A DNA stretch of 64,000 bases from positions 62,001-126,000 of the IMG/VR virus record IMGVR_UViG_3300015262_000001; one strand, written 5' to 3'. Shown here piece after piece: positions 46,810 through 56,174 of this stretch. The translations under genes and the position numbers were made by a program. The notes beneath the pieces are model-generated. The model did no database searches, was not told the origin of the DNA, and saw only the letters and a program-made list of their open reading frames with translations. Positions within the stretch are counted from its first letter, which is position 1; every line of letters starts with the position of its first letter.

Positions 46810-48576
46810 TTACACCTGACGAATCGTGCCTACTTCAATACCGTCATCACCTTCCACCACTTCACGATACGTGTAAGGTTTGATGTACGGGTTTGGTACG
46901 TCGAGCAGGTAACCGTAGAGCGCATCTACGAAGCTCTGCGTGTAGCTGTTGAGGATCTGCTTCTTGAAGTCCAGCGTTTCATCTTCAATCGGCGTTGGAC
47001 GACCGGTTTCGTGGTATTCGTAGACGACCCACTCATTCAGATCCAGACCGATGCTACCGCCATGAGCATTCAGCTTACCGATGATGTCGTTGGCCACTTC
47101 TTCCATGTACTTCACACCGTAAGCAGCGGAGAAGCCATACACACGGTTAAGGAAGTGACTCGATGCCATCAACTGTTCTTTGAGGTTGGCGTCAAAGAGT
47201 TCCTGGATAGCCGGATGCTGACTGACCAACGCACGGTACTTCGCGAACATGCGATTGATCTGGCGAGTGCCGTGGCTGATGCGCTTGACATTCACCTGAA
47301 CGACCTTGCTGTAACCGGACCATTCGAAGATGTTGATAGGCTCGTCACCCAGAACGATCTCACCCGACTCAGGCAGCTTCGGATAAACACGATCCAGCGC
47401 TACGTTCATTTCTTTCAGACCGTTGACACCTTTAAAGCTCAGGTAAAGGTCGTGATCCTTTTGCCCGATGATGTCCGCCAGTTTCAGGGCGATGCGATTG
47501 ATCTCACCCAGACGAATACGGAGGTCTTCATTCAGACGTTCGCAGACTTCTTTAACCTGAGTGAAATCACCGTCGAACAGGTCGTCCAATGGGTCTTTGT
47601 CGAAGCTGAACGGGAAGAAGCTCAGCGGCAACTCTATAGGCGCCTGTGTCACATTCAGGTTAAAGCCCTTCGCCGAGTGACGACGTTGGTGAGTCCACGC
47701 CATCGGTTCTGGACCTTCCATCGCAACCATGAACTCAGGGATGAGTTTGGTCAGCACAACAAACGACCGCGATTGTTCACCCACTTGGAAACGGAACCAG
47801 GTTACTTCCTGATCACCGTCCATGCCCGCATAACGAAAGATGCGCAGGTCAGCTGGATAGGAACCAGCACGTGGATCAAGGGCCACCGCGGTGAACGGGA
47901 CGTCGCTAACCGCCATCATGAAGAAGCGGATAAGCGCGGCAGTTGTCTTCGGAAGACTATTATCGGGCGTTGGGAAGATCTGAGGCAGGGAGTGCAGCGC
48001 TTTAGCAAGTTGCGCGGAAAGGTTGGCTTCTTTGGTAGAACTGGCGAAGCTTTCTACCTGACCAATTTTAATCGTTGCGGAGTCTTCGCCTTCTTTTGGT
48101 GTGGTCATTTCTTTCAGCAATTCCCCGGAGCTTTCTGGAGTGTGAGTTTCCACAACCATTTGTTCGACGTAACCCTCTTTCGGTGCGTTGGCACGGATTT
48201 CTTCAACCAGCGCACGCCACTCTTCTTCGGTACCGATGAAACCGTTCGCCACGCCGTTCTCGTAGGTCGGAGCGATATAACCGATCTGTCCACCCTTGGT
48301 AGGGTCGATCACCGGCCGCTCGGTGATAGGTGTTTGCATGACGTCAGTCAGTTTGTCCATGTGATTATCCCAATCAGTAAGCTTTACAGGGATCCCGTCT
48401 CGCTCATAATTTTTGACGGTTGTGGTAGTCCCAACTGCCCGGTCGTCATCATCGAGATGTACCGCGATGTTGATCTCATCTGGTTCACTAGGATCGCGAT
48501 CCCAAGACCGTTGTTCGGCTTCGTCCAGAGAGCCCGCGATATAACGCGCGATACCCTCTTTATTTTCTTCGCTCAT
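46810..48576 (-). CDS. Hypothetical protein with acidic N-terminal region, 588 aa
   Basis: Long biased ORF, RBS gaggg; no recognisable motif. Confidence 0.75.
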   Translation of the reverse strand: MSEENKEGIARYIAGSLDEAEQRSWDRDPSEPDEINIAVHLDDDDRAVGTTTTVKNYERDGIPVKLTDWDNHMDKLTDVMQTPITERPVIDPTKGGQIGYIAPTYENGVANGFIGTEEEWRALVEEIRANAPKEGYVEQMVVETHTPESSGELLKEMTTPKEGEDSATIKIGQVESFASSTKEANLSAQLAKALHSLPQIFPTPDNSLPKTTAALIRFFMMAVSDVPFTAVALDPRAGSYPADLRIFRYAGMDGDQEVTWFRFQVGEQSRSFVVLTKLIPEFMVAMEGPEPMAWTHQRRHSAKGFNLNVTQAPIELPLSFFPFSFDKDPLDDLFDGDFTQVKEVCERLNEDLRIRLGEINRIALKLADIIGQKDHDLYLSFKGVNGLKEMNVALDRVYPKLPESGEIVLGDEPINIFEWSGYSKVVQVNVKRISHGTRQINRMFAKYRALVSQHPAIQELFDANLKEQLMASSHFLNRVYGFSAAYGVKYMEEVANDIIGKLNAHGGSIGLDLNEWVVYEYHETGRPTPIEDETLDFKKQILNSYTQSFVDALYGYLLDVPNPYIKPYTYREVVEGDDGIEVGTIRQV

Positions 48577-48617
48577 TACTTTCCCTCTTTTTAAATGGGT
48601 GCCATCGGAGGCAGTTC

Positions 48618-51461
48618 ATGTTTAACTTATTTTCAGTTGCTGTAAAGCAAACTGGGGTGTATGTACATATCACAGGAGTTTCATACGGCGCACTGGCACG
48701 AGACATCGAAAAGTTCTACAGCAGCTCACTGATCACCAAATGGCAGATCCGTAGAGAGACCTGGGATACCATCAAGGTTCATAACTTCTTTTTGGTGGAA
48801 TTTCATCTTGTCCTAGGTGAACTGCTAAAGGTTCGTAATCTTCGTAGCCGGCGTAGAGAGTTGGCAGAATTAAAACACCTGCTTGAAACTGAAACCTGGA
48901 TTAAAGACACCGTCAACCCCATTGGAAGACAGTTCGACTTCAAGAAACTGGATCGCTTTAAGGTTGCTCCTTTTCCTAAACAACGCGAGTTCCTGGAACA
49001 ATACCCCATTATCAAACCCAGCTATCACCTTAAAGGATTGTTGCTGGATGCTGCGGTGGGTAGTGGTAAGGCTATGCCCCTGAACACCCAGGTGAAAGTA
49101 CCGGGTGGCTGGAAGCGTCTAGGTGACCTTAAGATAGGTGACCAGGTGATAGGACCCAAGGGTAACGTTGCCAACATTACGGGTTATTTCCCTCAGGGTG
49201 TTACCGAGAGTTTCCGGTTTACCTTTGAGGATGGACGTACTGCCGATTCGCATCCACTCCATTTGTGGGAAGTAGCTGAGGCAGGCTTTGATGACCAAGG
49301 CCACGCTATTGGACAGACCTACGTTACTACGACCAAGGACATCGTTAATCACTTTGATCAGTTCAGTTACCATATCCCGTTGGTAGGTGACGTAGGTGAA
49401 GGACTTGCACCTTCCGAACTGGATCTACAACAGATAGCAACTGGTCTGCTGACTGCTGGTATACATATGGCTGACCCAGTGACAGAACTTTCCTACGTGG
49501 ATCGTCGTCAGATTGCCAAGCACATGATCGAGCAATCAGCCTGTCATGTGTCTGAAGCTGGTGTGTCTGTAGTGGTGACTAACGCCTATGGTGCTAGCAA
49601 CTTCCAGAAGGTCATGTGGAGCCTGGGTGGTATCGCTACTCAAGAACCTTTCGGTGACGGTTTCAAGGTGAACTTCAAACACCGTGACATGGTGTGGCTG
49701 GTAGACAGTTTGGTAAATCTGTCGCTGGGGGATATCATCGACGTTACCCAATACATGAAGCTCAAGCTGAAGATTGTGGCCATCCAACAACAGCCACAAA
49801 TTGAAACAGCCTGTATCAGTATTGACAGCGAAGATTGCCTGTACATTGTTGATAACTGGATCGTAACCCACAACACTGTTACTTCGTTGATGTGGTCGGT
49901 GCTGGTAAGCGATAACAAGTGTATCGTTCTCTGCCCACTGAACATCGTGGAAGAAGTGTGGCTGGGTAACATGCGGAAGCACTTCAAAGAGATGCCACGA
50001 GTATGGACATCTACGTCCGGTCGCTTGTTAACCGATGACTACGACTACTACATCGTGCACTATGAGTTCCTCCAGGGCAACCACTACGACTACTTACGTA
50101 AATGGTTCAATGAAGCCATGAAGCGTAATAAGAAGCAGTTTAGTCTGATCGTCGATGAGTCCCACAACTTTAATGACATGAAGTCTAAGCAAACCCGTCG
50201 ATTGGTGGAGCTAGCTGATGATGGGTTGTTCGAAGATGCGCTACCGATGTCTGGGACGCCGCTGAAGGCACTTGGGAGTGAGATCTACCCCATCACCTGC
50301 CTTATCGACAAACACTTCGACAAGCACGCTAGAGACTTCTTCATGGCGAGCTATGGGCGTAACCGTCCTGCATTGATCTCGTTGTTGGCTAACCGTATCG
50401 GTCGGGGCAAGTTCTCTATCCCTGAATTGGCTGGTATGGGAGATCCTCCTCCGTTTGAGATCATCAAGGTTAAAATCCCTAATGGGGAACAATACACCTT
50501 GGAAACCATTCGGTTGGCGATGCAGACGTATATTGTGGAGCGGGTTCGTTTCTACAATGCACACATGGCTGAGTTCATCGTGTTCTATAACGATGTGGTT
50601 CAGCGCTATGAATACACGGTCCTTAAGCACCCTAAAGAACTGGCCGAGCTACAACGCTACAAGGCGGTCGTTAATCGGTTCCGCACCCAAGGGTACAACA
50701 ACTTCACTGATTCAGCTGACAGCGCCTTCTGCAAGCACGTAGAGGAGTCTATCGAGCGTGGTATCAGAGGTCCAGAGTTGGCTGAATTCCGTAATGTGAA
50801 ATCAGCCGTTAAGTACCTGGCGTTGAAGATCCGCGGGGAAGCTTTGGGTAACGTATTGGGTCGTGCTCGCATCAATGCGATCAAAGATCTGATCGAGCAT
50901 GCTGAGTTACCTAAGTACATTGACGACGTAGAGAAGAAGACAGTTATCTTTACCTCTTACGTTGAAGCCTTGAAACTCTCGGTTGATTATTTGACCAAGC
51001 AGGGTTACAAGCCTGTATCAGTGTTCGGTGAAAACAGCGGTGATCGTGATCCAACGATCAAGCAGTTTGGTGAGGATGCTCGCACCAATCCGTTGGTGGC
51101 GGTGTACAACAGTTTGAAGGAAGGTTATCCGTTGTTGATGGCTAACCAGATCATCGGACTGGATTCCCCATTCAGGGAACACGAGTTGCGACAAGTAAAA
51201 GGAAGGATCTGGCGTACCGGACAGGATGCAGCGCAATGCTTCTTCCGTATGTTGGATATGGACACCGGCGATAAGCTCAACATCACCACGCGCAGTCTGG
51301 ACATCTTGGCCTGGAGTAAAGAACAGGTAGACGCCCTGATGGGTCGTATGGAAGGTCACGTGGCGTTTGCTAACGTAACCGGTGAAGAGTGTCTGGACAT
51401 CAGTGAAGAACTGACGGGTCGTCCGCTTAAATTGACTAACAGTGTGCTATCTCTTTTCTAA
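48618..51461 (+). CDS. SNF2-like superfamily 2 helicase with intein, 947 aa precursor
   Basis: Walker A DAAVGSGK/T, Walker B LIVDESHN, MSGTP, QVKGRIWRTGQ. Confidence 0.9.
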   Translation: MFNLFSVAVKQTGVYVHITGVSYGALARDIEKFYSSSLITKWQIRRETWDTIKVHNFFLVEFHLVLGELLKVRNLRSRRRELAELKHLLETETWIKDTVNPIGRQFDFKKLDRFKVAPFPKQREFLEQYPIIKPSYHLKGLLLDAAVGSGKAMPLNTQVKVPGGWKRLGDLKIGDQVIGPKGNVANITGYFPQGVTESFRFTFEDGRTADSHPLHLWEVAEAGFDDQGHAIGQTYVTTTKDIVNHFDQFSYHIPLVGDVGEGLAPSELDLQQIATGLLTAGIHMADPVTELSYVDRRQIAKHMIEQSACHVSEAGVSVVVTNAYGASNFQKVMWSLGGIATQEPFGDGFKVNFKHRDMVWLVDSLVNLSLGDIIDVTQYMKLKLKIVAIQQQPQIETACISIDSEDCLYIVDNWIVTHNTVTSLMWSVLVSDNKCIVLCPLNIVEEVWLGNMRKHFKEMPRVWTSTSGRLLTDDYDYYIVHYEFLQGNHYDYLRKWFNEAMKRNKKQFSLIVDESHNFNDMKSKQTRRLVELADDGLFEDALPMSGTPLKALGSEIYPITCLIDKHFDKHARDFFMASYGRNRPALISLLANRIGRGKFSIPELAGMGDPPPFEIIKVKIPNGEQYTLETIRLAMQTYIVERVRFYNAHMAEFIVFYNDVVQRYEYTVLKHPKELAELQRYKAVVNRFRTQGYNNFTDSADSAFCKHVEESIERGIRGPELAEFRNVKSAVKYLALKIRGEALGNVLGRARINAIKDLIEHAELPKYIDDVEKKTVIFTSYVEALKLSVDYLTKQGYKPVSVFGENSGDRDPTIKQFGEDARTNPLVAVYNSLKEGYPLLMANQIIGLDSPFREHELRQVKGRIWRTGQDAAQCFFRMLDMDTGDKLNITTRSLDILAWSKEQVDALMGRMEGHVAFANVTGEECLDISEELTGRPLKLTNSVLSLF
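49071..49874 (+). mobile_element. Class 3 intein (268 aa) in helicase Walker A, with decayed LAGLIDADG region
   Basis: Starts Ala (AMPLNT), ends VTHN, followed by +1 Thr; block B HLW, block F ETACI, block G T (WCT triplet). Removal restores GSGKT. Confidence 0.92.
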
Positions 51462-51480
51462 TCATTCAGGAAACTGGACC

Positions 51481-52479
51481 ATGTTCGATACACTACCGGA
51501 AGTAAGCCACGTTGAAACCATGATGGACGGCATCCTGGATTCCCTCAAGGGCACAGAGAGCCTTGACCTCACGTATGCGCAGCGTTACGTAATTGGCGTA
51601 CTCGACAGTAACGACATCACTCGGTCGTCTGTGACAGGCACTGAGGGCCTTCTCAGCGATATCGGCGACGGTCTTGCGAAAGTCTGGGAATACGTCAAGA
51701 AGATGTTCAAGGCTATCTGGGATTTCTTCTTTGGCAAGAAGAACAAGGAGGACTCGGAAGTAGCCAAGGCATCTGTCAAGAGTACTGAGGAGGCCATCAA
51801 AGAAGTTGAGTCTCCACAGGTAACCGAAGAGAACGTTAAAACCGTCGTCTCCCAGGTTGAAAAGAAGGTTAACAAACTTCCAGAGTCTCCGAAGAAAAAG
51901 GAACTCCAGAAGAAAGTAGAGACCGTCAAGGCCGCAGAACCAGCCAAGGCCAAAGCAGCAGCACCGGGTCTGATCAAGGAAGTGTTCGACGCCGATCTGG
52001 CGGACAAGCCGAAATTGAACGAGATGGCCAAAAAGTTCAATGTTCTGTATGAAGACCTTACTGCACGTAAGGAAGAATACGCAAAGAACGAAGGCGATCG
52101 TAAGGTACTGGGTCATGCCATCCAGACGTTCCTGAACGGCTTCACAGGCTTGAAGGAGCCACGTAAAGGTTTGGCTGAGACCAAGGCCTGGATCACCTGG
52201 GCGCATCGCTGCCTCGAAGCTACGGACAACAGCCTGGAAACTATCCGAGCAATGAAGTCCGAGCACGAGCATGCTATCAGAGATACTCAGGCAAAGATCG
52301 ACGGACTCAGCAAGAGCCAGTACAGTAAGCAGGAGTTGATTGAAGAGATCACCGACCTTAAGCGTGTAATGGCCACTGTTGTGACTGTGATCAAACTCGC
52401 AGAACAAACACGTGAGTGCATTAGCGAGATGGCCAAGGGTATTGAAGCCTGTTGTATCAAAACAAAAGAAAAAAGTTAA
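51481..52479 (+). CDS. Internal head (ejection-type) virion protein with predicted propeptide, 332 aa
   Basis: GTE sites (residues 24-26 and 53-55) followed by GLLSDIGDGLAKVWEYVKKMFKAIWDFF, a pattern typical of phiKZ-family processed head proteins. Confidence 0.7.
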   Translation: MFDTLPEVSHVETMMDGILDSLKGTESLDLTYAQRYVIGVLDSNDITRSSVTGTEGLLSDIGDGLAKVWEYVKKMFKAIWDFFFGKKNKEDSEVAKASVKSTEEAIKEVESPQVTEENVKTVVSQVEKKVNKLPESPKKKELQKKVETVKAAEPAKAKAAAPGLIKEVFDADLADKPKLNEMAKKFNVLYEDLTARKEEYAKNEGDRKVLGHAIQTFLNGFTGLKEPRKGLAETKAWITWAHRCLEATDNSLETIRAMKSEHEHAIRDTQAKIDGLSKSQYSKQELIEEITDLKRVMATVVTVIKLAEQTRECISEMAKGIEACCIKTKEKS

Positions 52480-52484
52480 CAGAG

Positions 52485-52518
52485 TACTCTCCTTAACCCA
52501 CGTGGGTTAAGGAGAGTA
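52485..52518. terminator. Bidirectional intrinsic terminator
   Basis: tactctccttaaccca / tgggttaaggagagta. Confidence 0.85.
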
Positions 52519-52528
52519 TAAGACGTCT

Positions 52529-52831
52529 TTAAGTTGTTTGCTTAAGCAGTTTGCCTAACCATTCAAAGATGGCAGGCTTAGTGTATTTCAGGATGTAACC
52601 ACGGTTGTAGATACGATAGAGAGCCCGTTCCATCGTCTTAGCGTATTGATCTAATCTTGTCGCTTCTGCTTCTAAGGATTTGAATGTTTGGTAGTGCACC
52701 ATGTCCATGATGACTATCGTTCTAGCCCTGGACCTTAAAAGCTTGGCCTCGTCCCGTAACAGGTTCATCTGTGCAACTAGTTCGCTGAATCTATCCTGGA
52801 ACTCCTTACCCGTCATTTTTCGAATACACAT
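52529..52831 (-). CDS. Small helical hypothetical protein, 100 aa
   Basis: Start refined to MCIRK with GGAGG RBS. Confidence 0.7.
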   Translation of the reverse strand: MCIRKMTGKEFQDRFSELVAQMNLLRDEAKLLRSRARTIVIMDMVHYQTFKSLEAEATRLDQYAKTMERALYRIYNRGYILKYTKPAIFEWLGKLLKQTT

Positions 52832-52847
52832 CACAGCACCTCCATTG

Positions 52848-53111
52848 CTACCAGTTATCGATTGAACCGTACAACCCAACAAACTCGGCTACAGCTTTGT
52901 CGATGTCACGTTGTGTTTCAGCTGCCATCTGACGTGCCGTGAAAGAATCCTTGGGATTCTCCAATTGGTGGATCAGGTCGACAAACACTTTCTTGGTGAA
53001 CTCCATCTCTTCAATCCGACGGTAGAGCTTAAGCTTTCTATCCAGCTCAATAGCTTTCTGGCTACGGACGTAAATGGATTTCTGAGGAAACATCTGAACG
53101 ACCTGACTCAT
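52848..53111 (-). CDS. Small helical hypothetical protein, 87 aa
   Basis: aaggag RBS; operon packing. Confidence 0.75.
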   Translation of the reverse strand: MSQVVQMFPQKSIYVRSQKAIELDRKLKLYRRIEEMEFTKKVFVDLIHQLENPKDSFTARQMAAETQRDIDKAVAEFVGLYGSIDNW

Positions 53112-53138
53112 GATTTTACTCCTTGCGTTAAATAGCCG

Positions 53139-53555
53139 TTAAAAACGGCTACGTTCAATTTCGGCTTCGGTCATATCACAATAGAAATGATCGATCGTTT
53201 TCTGTTCACTAAACACAGCGCCTTGTTTCCACATCATCAGGGCGCGGGCGTTGTGTTGGACGTCCACGCGCTCAACGTTACCCAGGGCCTTCAGCTCGGA
53301 CAGCGCTTTACCCAAAGGCTTGATATCAGCCTTGTCGAATGGGTAAACATAAATCTGCGCAACCGCAAACTGCATGACCAGCTTGAGGTCATCGAAGAAC
53401 TCCGGAATTTCTTCCTCATCGACAACGGTAACACTTAACTGCTTGGCGCGCCAATCCTCCATCGCACACCTGATGCCTGCCACTTCGCAGATAACCAAGT
53501 TGCCGAAGTTGACATCAAAGCCGTCAGCATTCTTACGGATTACTGTGGTAACCAT
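53139..53555 (-). CDS. Hypothetical protein, 138 aa; paralogue of the C-terminal domain of 56175-57554
   Basis: Shared motifs N(F/Y)G.L, IP.F..D, PLG.ALS, KTIDHF...EIE.S.F. Confidence 0.78.
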   Translation of the reverse strand: MVTTVIRKNADGFDVNFGNLVICEVAGIRCAMEDWRAKQLSVTVVDEEEIPEFFDDLKLVMQFAVAQIYVYPFDKADIKPLGKALSELKALGNVERVDVQHNARALMMWKQGAVFSEQKTIDHFYCDMTEAEIERSRF

Positions 53556-53613
53556 TTTGAATCTCCAATAGTTTCAGGGGCCAGAGTGACCCCTGTTAAT
53601 TGAGTTGCGATTA

Positions 53614-53985
53614 TCAGTGAATAGAACGCGAGTGACTGCTGCTTTTGGCCTTGTTCATGGCCGCTGTCACCAAGCTGTTCTGGCGGGTGGTATCCTCACT
53701 CATGAGTTTGAGCAGGGATGGGCTAGCTTTAACCAACGAGCTCATTTCCATCTCAAAGCGACCACCCTTGCGAACATGCAGCACACCCAGCTGGTGACCG
53801 AACTCAGTACTGGCGAATTCGATGAAGTCACCTTCATTGCAATAACTGATGGCCAGTTGCAACATCCGAGGCATCGCAGTGTCAAAATAGTTATAGTGCC
53901 GAACCATAATGACTTCTTTGGATTTACCACGAGTCATGGTGGCGATAACACGACGACGGCTAGGGGTGTTAAATTCGTTAGACAT
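53614..53985 (-). CDS. Hypothetical protein, 123 aa
   Basis: aagga RBS; operon packing. Confidence 0.75.
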   Translation of the reverse strand: MSNEFNTPSRRRVIATMTRGKSKEVIMVRHYNYFDTAMPRMLQLAISYCNEGDFIEFASTEFGHQLGVLHVRKGGRFEMEMSSLVKASPSLLKLMSEDTTRQNSLVTAAMNKAKSSSHSRSIH

Positions 53986-53994
53986 GAGGATTCC

Positions 53995-54189
53995 TTAAGC
54001 GTTCAGGGTAGACAGTTCGGCTTCACGTTCTTTCAGCTTAGCCTCTTGGCTTGCCAACAAACCTTCAAGGGTTTTAATCCCCGTAGTGTCTGCAAAACTG
54101 ATTTGGTCAATCTGACCGAGAATGTGTTGAATCTTCTCCTTGATCAGTTGTACGCTGCTCTCCAGGGTTTTGCGGTATTCAGTATTCAT
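53995..54189 (-). CDS. Small coiled-coil early protein, 64 aa
   Basis: First gene behind promoter cassette copy 2; GGAG RBS. Confidence 0.75.
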   Translation of the reverse strand: MNTEYRKTLESSVQLIKEKIQHILGQIDQISFADTTGIKTLEGLLASQEAKLKEREAELSTLNA

Positions 54190-54205
54190 GGTATTACTCC
54201 TAGGG

Positions 54206-54268
54206 TGAAAGACATAATTGTCTTAATCACACTGGTAATATAGGTCCAAAAAAACATGTATCTTAAAT
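54206..54268 (-). promoter_or_regulatory. Early promoter cassette copy 2
   Basis: TATATTAC at 54235-54242 (minus); 54/63 identical to 9118-9180. Confidence 0.8.
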
Positions 54269-54269
54269 A

Positions 54270-54297
54270 AACCCCTACCCCATTACGGGGTAGGGTT
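54270..54297. terminator. Intrinsic terminator hairpin upstream of cassette copy 2
   Basis: aaccctacccc-cattac-ggggtagggtt. Confidence 0.75.
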
Positions 54298-54300
54298 ATG

Positions 54301-54501
54301 TCACGCTAGACCATAGGCGATCATGATCTTCTGCACCACTAGGTACCAGCTGTAAGGGAAGAAGAAAACGGAAACAAACGTGCTCCAAAACCCTTTAGCC
54401 AGTACCCAGCCGGCAACCCACATAACCAAGAACACGATGACGGCGGTTAAACCAGCCCAAGTAACGCGCGCTTTAGGTTCTATCATTTCATCATTTTCCA
54501 C
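54301..54501 (-). CDS. Small membrane protein, 66 aa
   Basis: Hydrophobic helices; WVLAKGFWSTF..VFFFPYSWYLVV pattern seen in small phage membrane proteins. Confidence 0.75.
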   Translation of the reverse strand: MENDEMIEPKARVTWAGLTAVIVFLVMWVAGWVLAKGFWSTFVSVFFFPYSWYLVVQKIMIAYGLA

Positions 54502-54511
54502 GCTTTACTCC

Positions 54512-55180
54512 TTACACATCATCCTGTTGCTGGAGACCCATCAAGGCCGTGAGCATCTCGACATTGCTTACGACAACCTCTACATTAATCCAGGTATCGA
54601 GCAATTTGTCCATGAGCGTTACGAGATCGAGTCTATTCTTCACGTACAAGAAAGCCAGTATGTTCTCGTCCTGATGTTCGGTCAAGTCTACCCGTATACA
54701 GAAGTAACCATCGTGATTCTCTTCATACAGAGGTAACTCTTCCTCCTCGCCCATTAACTCCAACAACCTGAAAGAAGAGCGGTCAGCAATAACCTGGATG
54801 CCAGCATACTCTCGATATACCACACCCTCGGAATACACATACGGCTGAGTAATGCGCTGGTATTGCAAGTGGGTTAGTCCGTCCACCCATTCTTGCATTT
54901 GCTCCAGGGTCTCGCCGTTAAGTAAAGGATTACAGTATTGATCGATATCGCCCTGCACGGCCCTGAACAAAATCTGCGCGACATGGCCCTTGGTAAAGAA
55001 TCGACCTTTGTTAGGATCCACTTTGCCTGCGTCATGAAACACTGCATGCACATCTATTGGCCCATGAGGGGACTTCAGGGTAGACTTGGCCAGGTAGTTG
55101 GCATGCTCAGTCTCCTTAACGCCATTGACCTCGTAGACATGAAAGAAACGATCTTTAGTAACAATCAAATTACCGGTCAT
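54512..55180 (-). CDS. Hypothetical protein, 222 aa
   Basis: ggag RBS; stop/start overlap with the upstream gene. Confidence 0.72.
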   Translation of the reverse strand: MTGNLIVTKDRFFHVYEVNGVKETEHANYLAKSTLKSPHGPIDVHAVFHDAGKVDPNKGRFFTKGHVAQILFRAVQGDIDQYCNPLLNGETLEQMQEWVDGLTHLQYQRITQPYVYSEGVVYREYAGIQVIADRSSFRLLELMGEEEELPLYEENHDGYFCIRVDLTEHQDENILAFLYVKNRLDLVTLMDKLLDTWINVEVVVSNVEMLTALMGLQQQDDV

Positions 55181-55494
55181 TAACTCTGCTCCTTAGGGCG
55201 TACCACATACTGGCGGTTATCTTCATCTTTACAAATGACCCAGCCATTATCTCTAGCCACCTTGTCGGCGTGTTCCCTGAACCTCATCGAATCAAGTACC
55301 GCTTGTTCCCGAGCCTGAACAGATCGGAGCTGCGGTATGTACGACATGACATCGTGTGACTGCTGCAATAACGTGTTAATAGTCATCATCGCTTCTTCTA
55401 CAGTACTCTTCTTGTAGGTGAACTCGATCCCACCGCGGAAAACTGGCTTGGCTTTCTGTTTACGCCAATCGGCCATACTAACTACTTCGCCCAT
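55180..55494 (-). CDS. Hypothetical protein, 104 aa
   Basis: ggag RBS; operon packing. Confidence 0.72.
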   Translation of the reverse strand: MGEVVSMADWRKQKAKPVFRGGIEFTYKKSTVEEAMMTINTLLQQSHDVMSYIPQLRSVQAREQAVLDSMRFREHADKVARDNGWVICKDEDNRQYVVRPKEQS

Positions 55495-55511
55495 TGTCTT
55501 CTCCCTAGCGA

Positions 55512-55889
55512 TTAAACGGCGTGGCCGATAAGAATGTGCGTCTCTTCATTGAGCGCATTCAACTTATCTTCAAGATCTTTGTAATCACTGAGTACACTAG
55601 CAATCACATCAGCTTCAAAGCCTTCTTCCGGGTCGTTAACATACTCCCGAGCTGGCGCCAGCATTTTCAGCAGTTCTTCCTTGGTGATGATCCTGCTCAT
55701 ACCCCAGGTAAACGGCTTGGCCATGAATTCCTCATGGAACCAGAGGCGAGGACCGATCCAGAACGTTTCATAACCTTCATGAACAACATTGCTGAAGTCG
55801 GTCGACTCACCAGCCTCCAGCTTTTCACGTTCGTATTGGTTTGCAAACTGTTCTTTAGTAAGCAGCGCTATGTGTAAGCTAGTAGCCAT
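55512..55889 (-). CDS. Hypothetical acidic protein, 125 aa
   Basis: aggag RBS; operon packing. Confidence 0.72.
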   Translation of the reverse strand: MATSLHIALLTKEQFANQYEREKLEAGESTDFSNVVHEGYETFWIGPRLWFHEEFMAKPFTWGMSRIITKEELLKMLAPAREYVNDPEEGFEADVIASVLSDYKDLEDKLNALNEETHILIGHAV

Positions 55890-55897
55890 GAGATCTC

Positions 55898-56161
55898 CTA
55901 AAGAGGTTTCTTGCGTGCGGTGTATTCCAGCATAACCCGCACGTCCATGTGGTGTTTGTTAAAGTACGCAACCAACAGCTTTTCACAGCCGCGAGTCATC
56001 GCATATACGGTTGACGCATTAAAACGCTTGTACTCGTACTTACTCTTGTAAGGTCGGAAGCAAACCTTTAATTTGATCAGAGTGTCCTGATCTGCGATGA
56101 ACAGCCCGCCGTTAAGTTTGCTAATGCCTAGAAAGACTTTATCCACAACTTGACTGTCCAT
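55898..56161 (-). CDS. Hypothetical basic protein, 87 aa
   Basis: Operon packing. Confidence 0.65.
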   Translation of the reverse strand: MDSQVVDKVFLGISKLNGGLFIADQDTLIKLKVCFRPYKSKYEYKRFNASTVYAMTRGCEKLLVAYFNKHHMDVRVMLEYTARKKPL

Positions 56162-56174
56162 CGCAGCACCCTTT

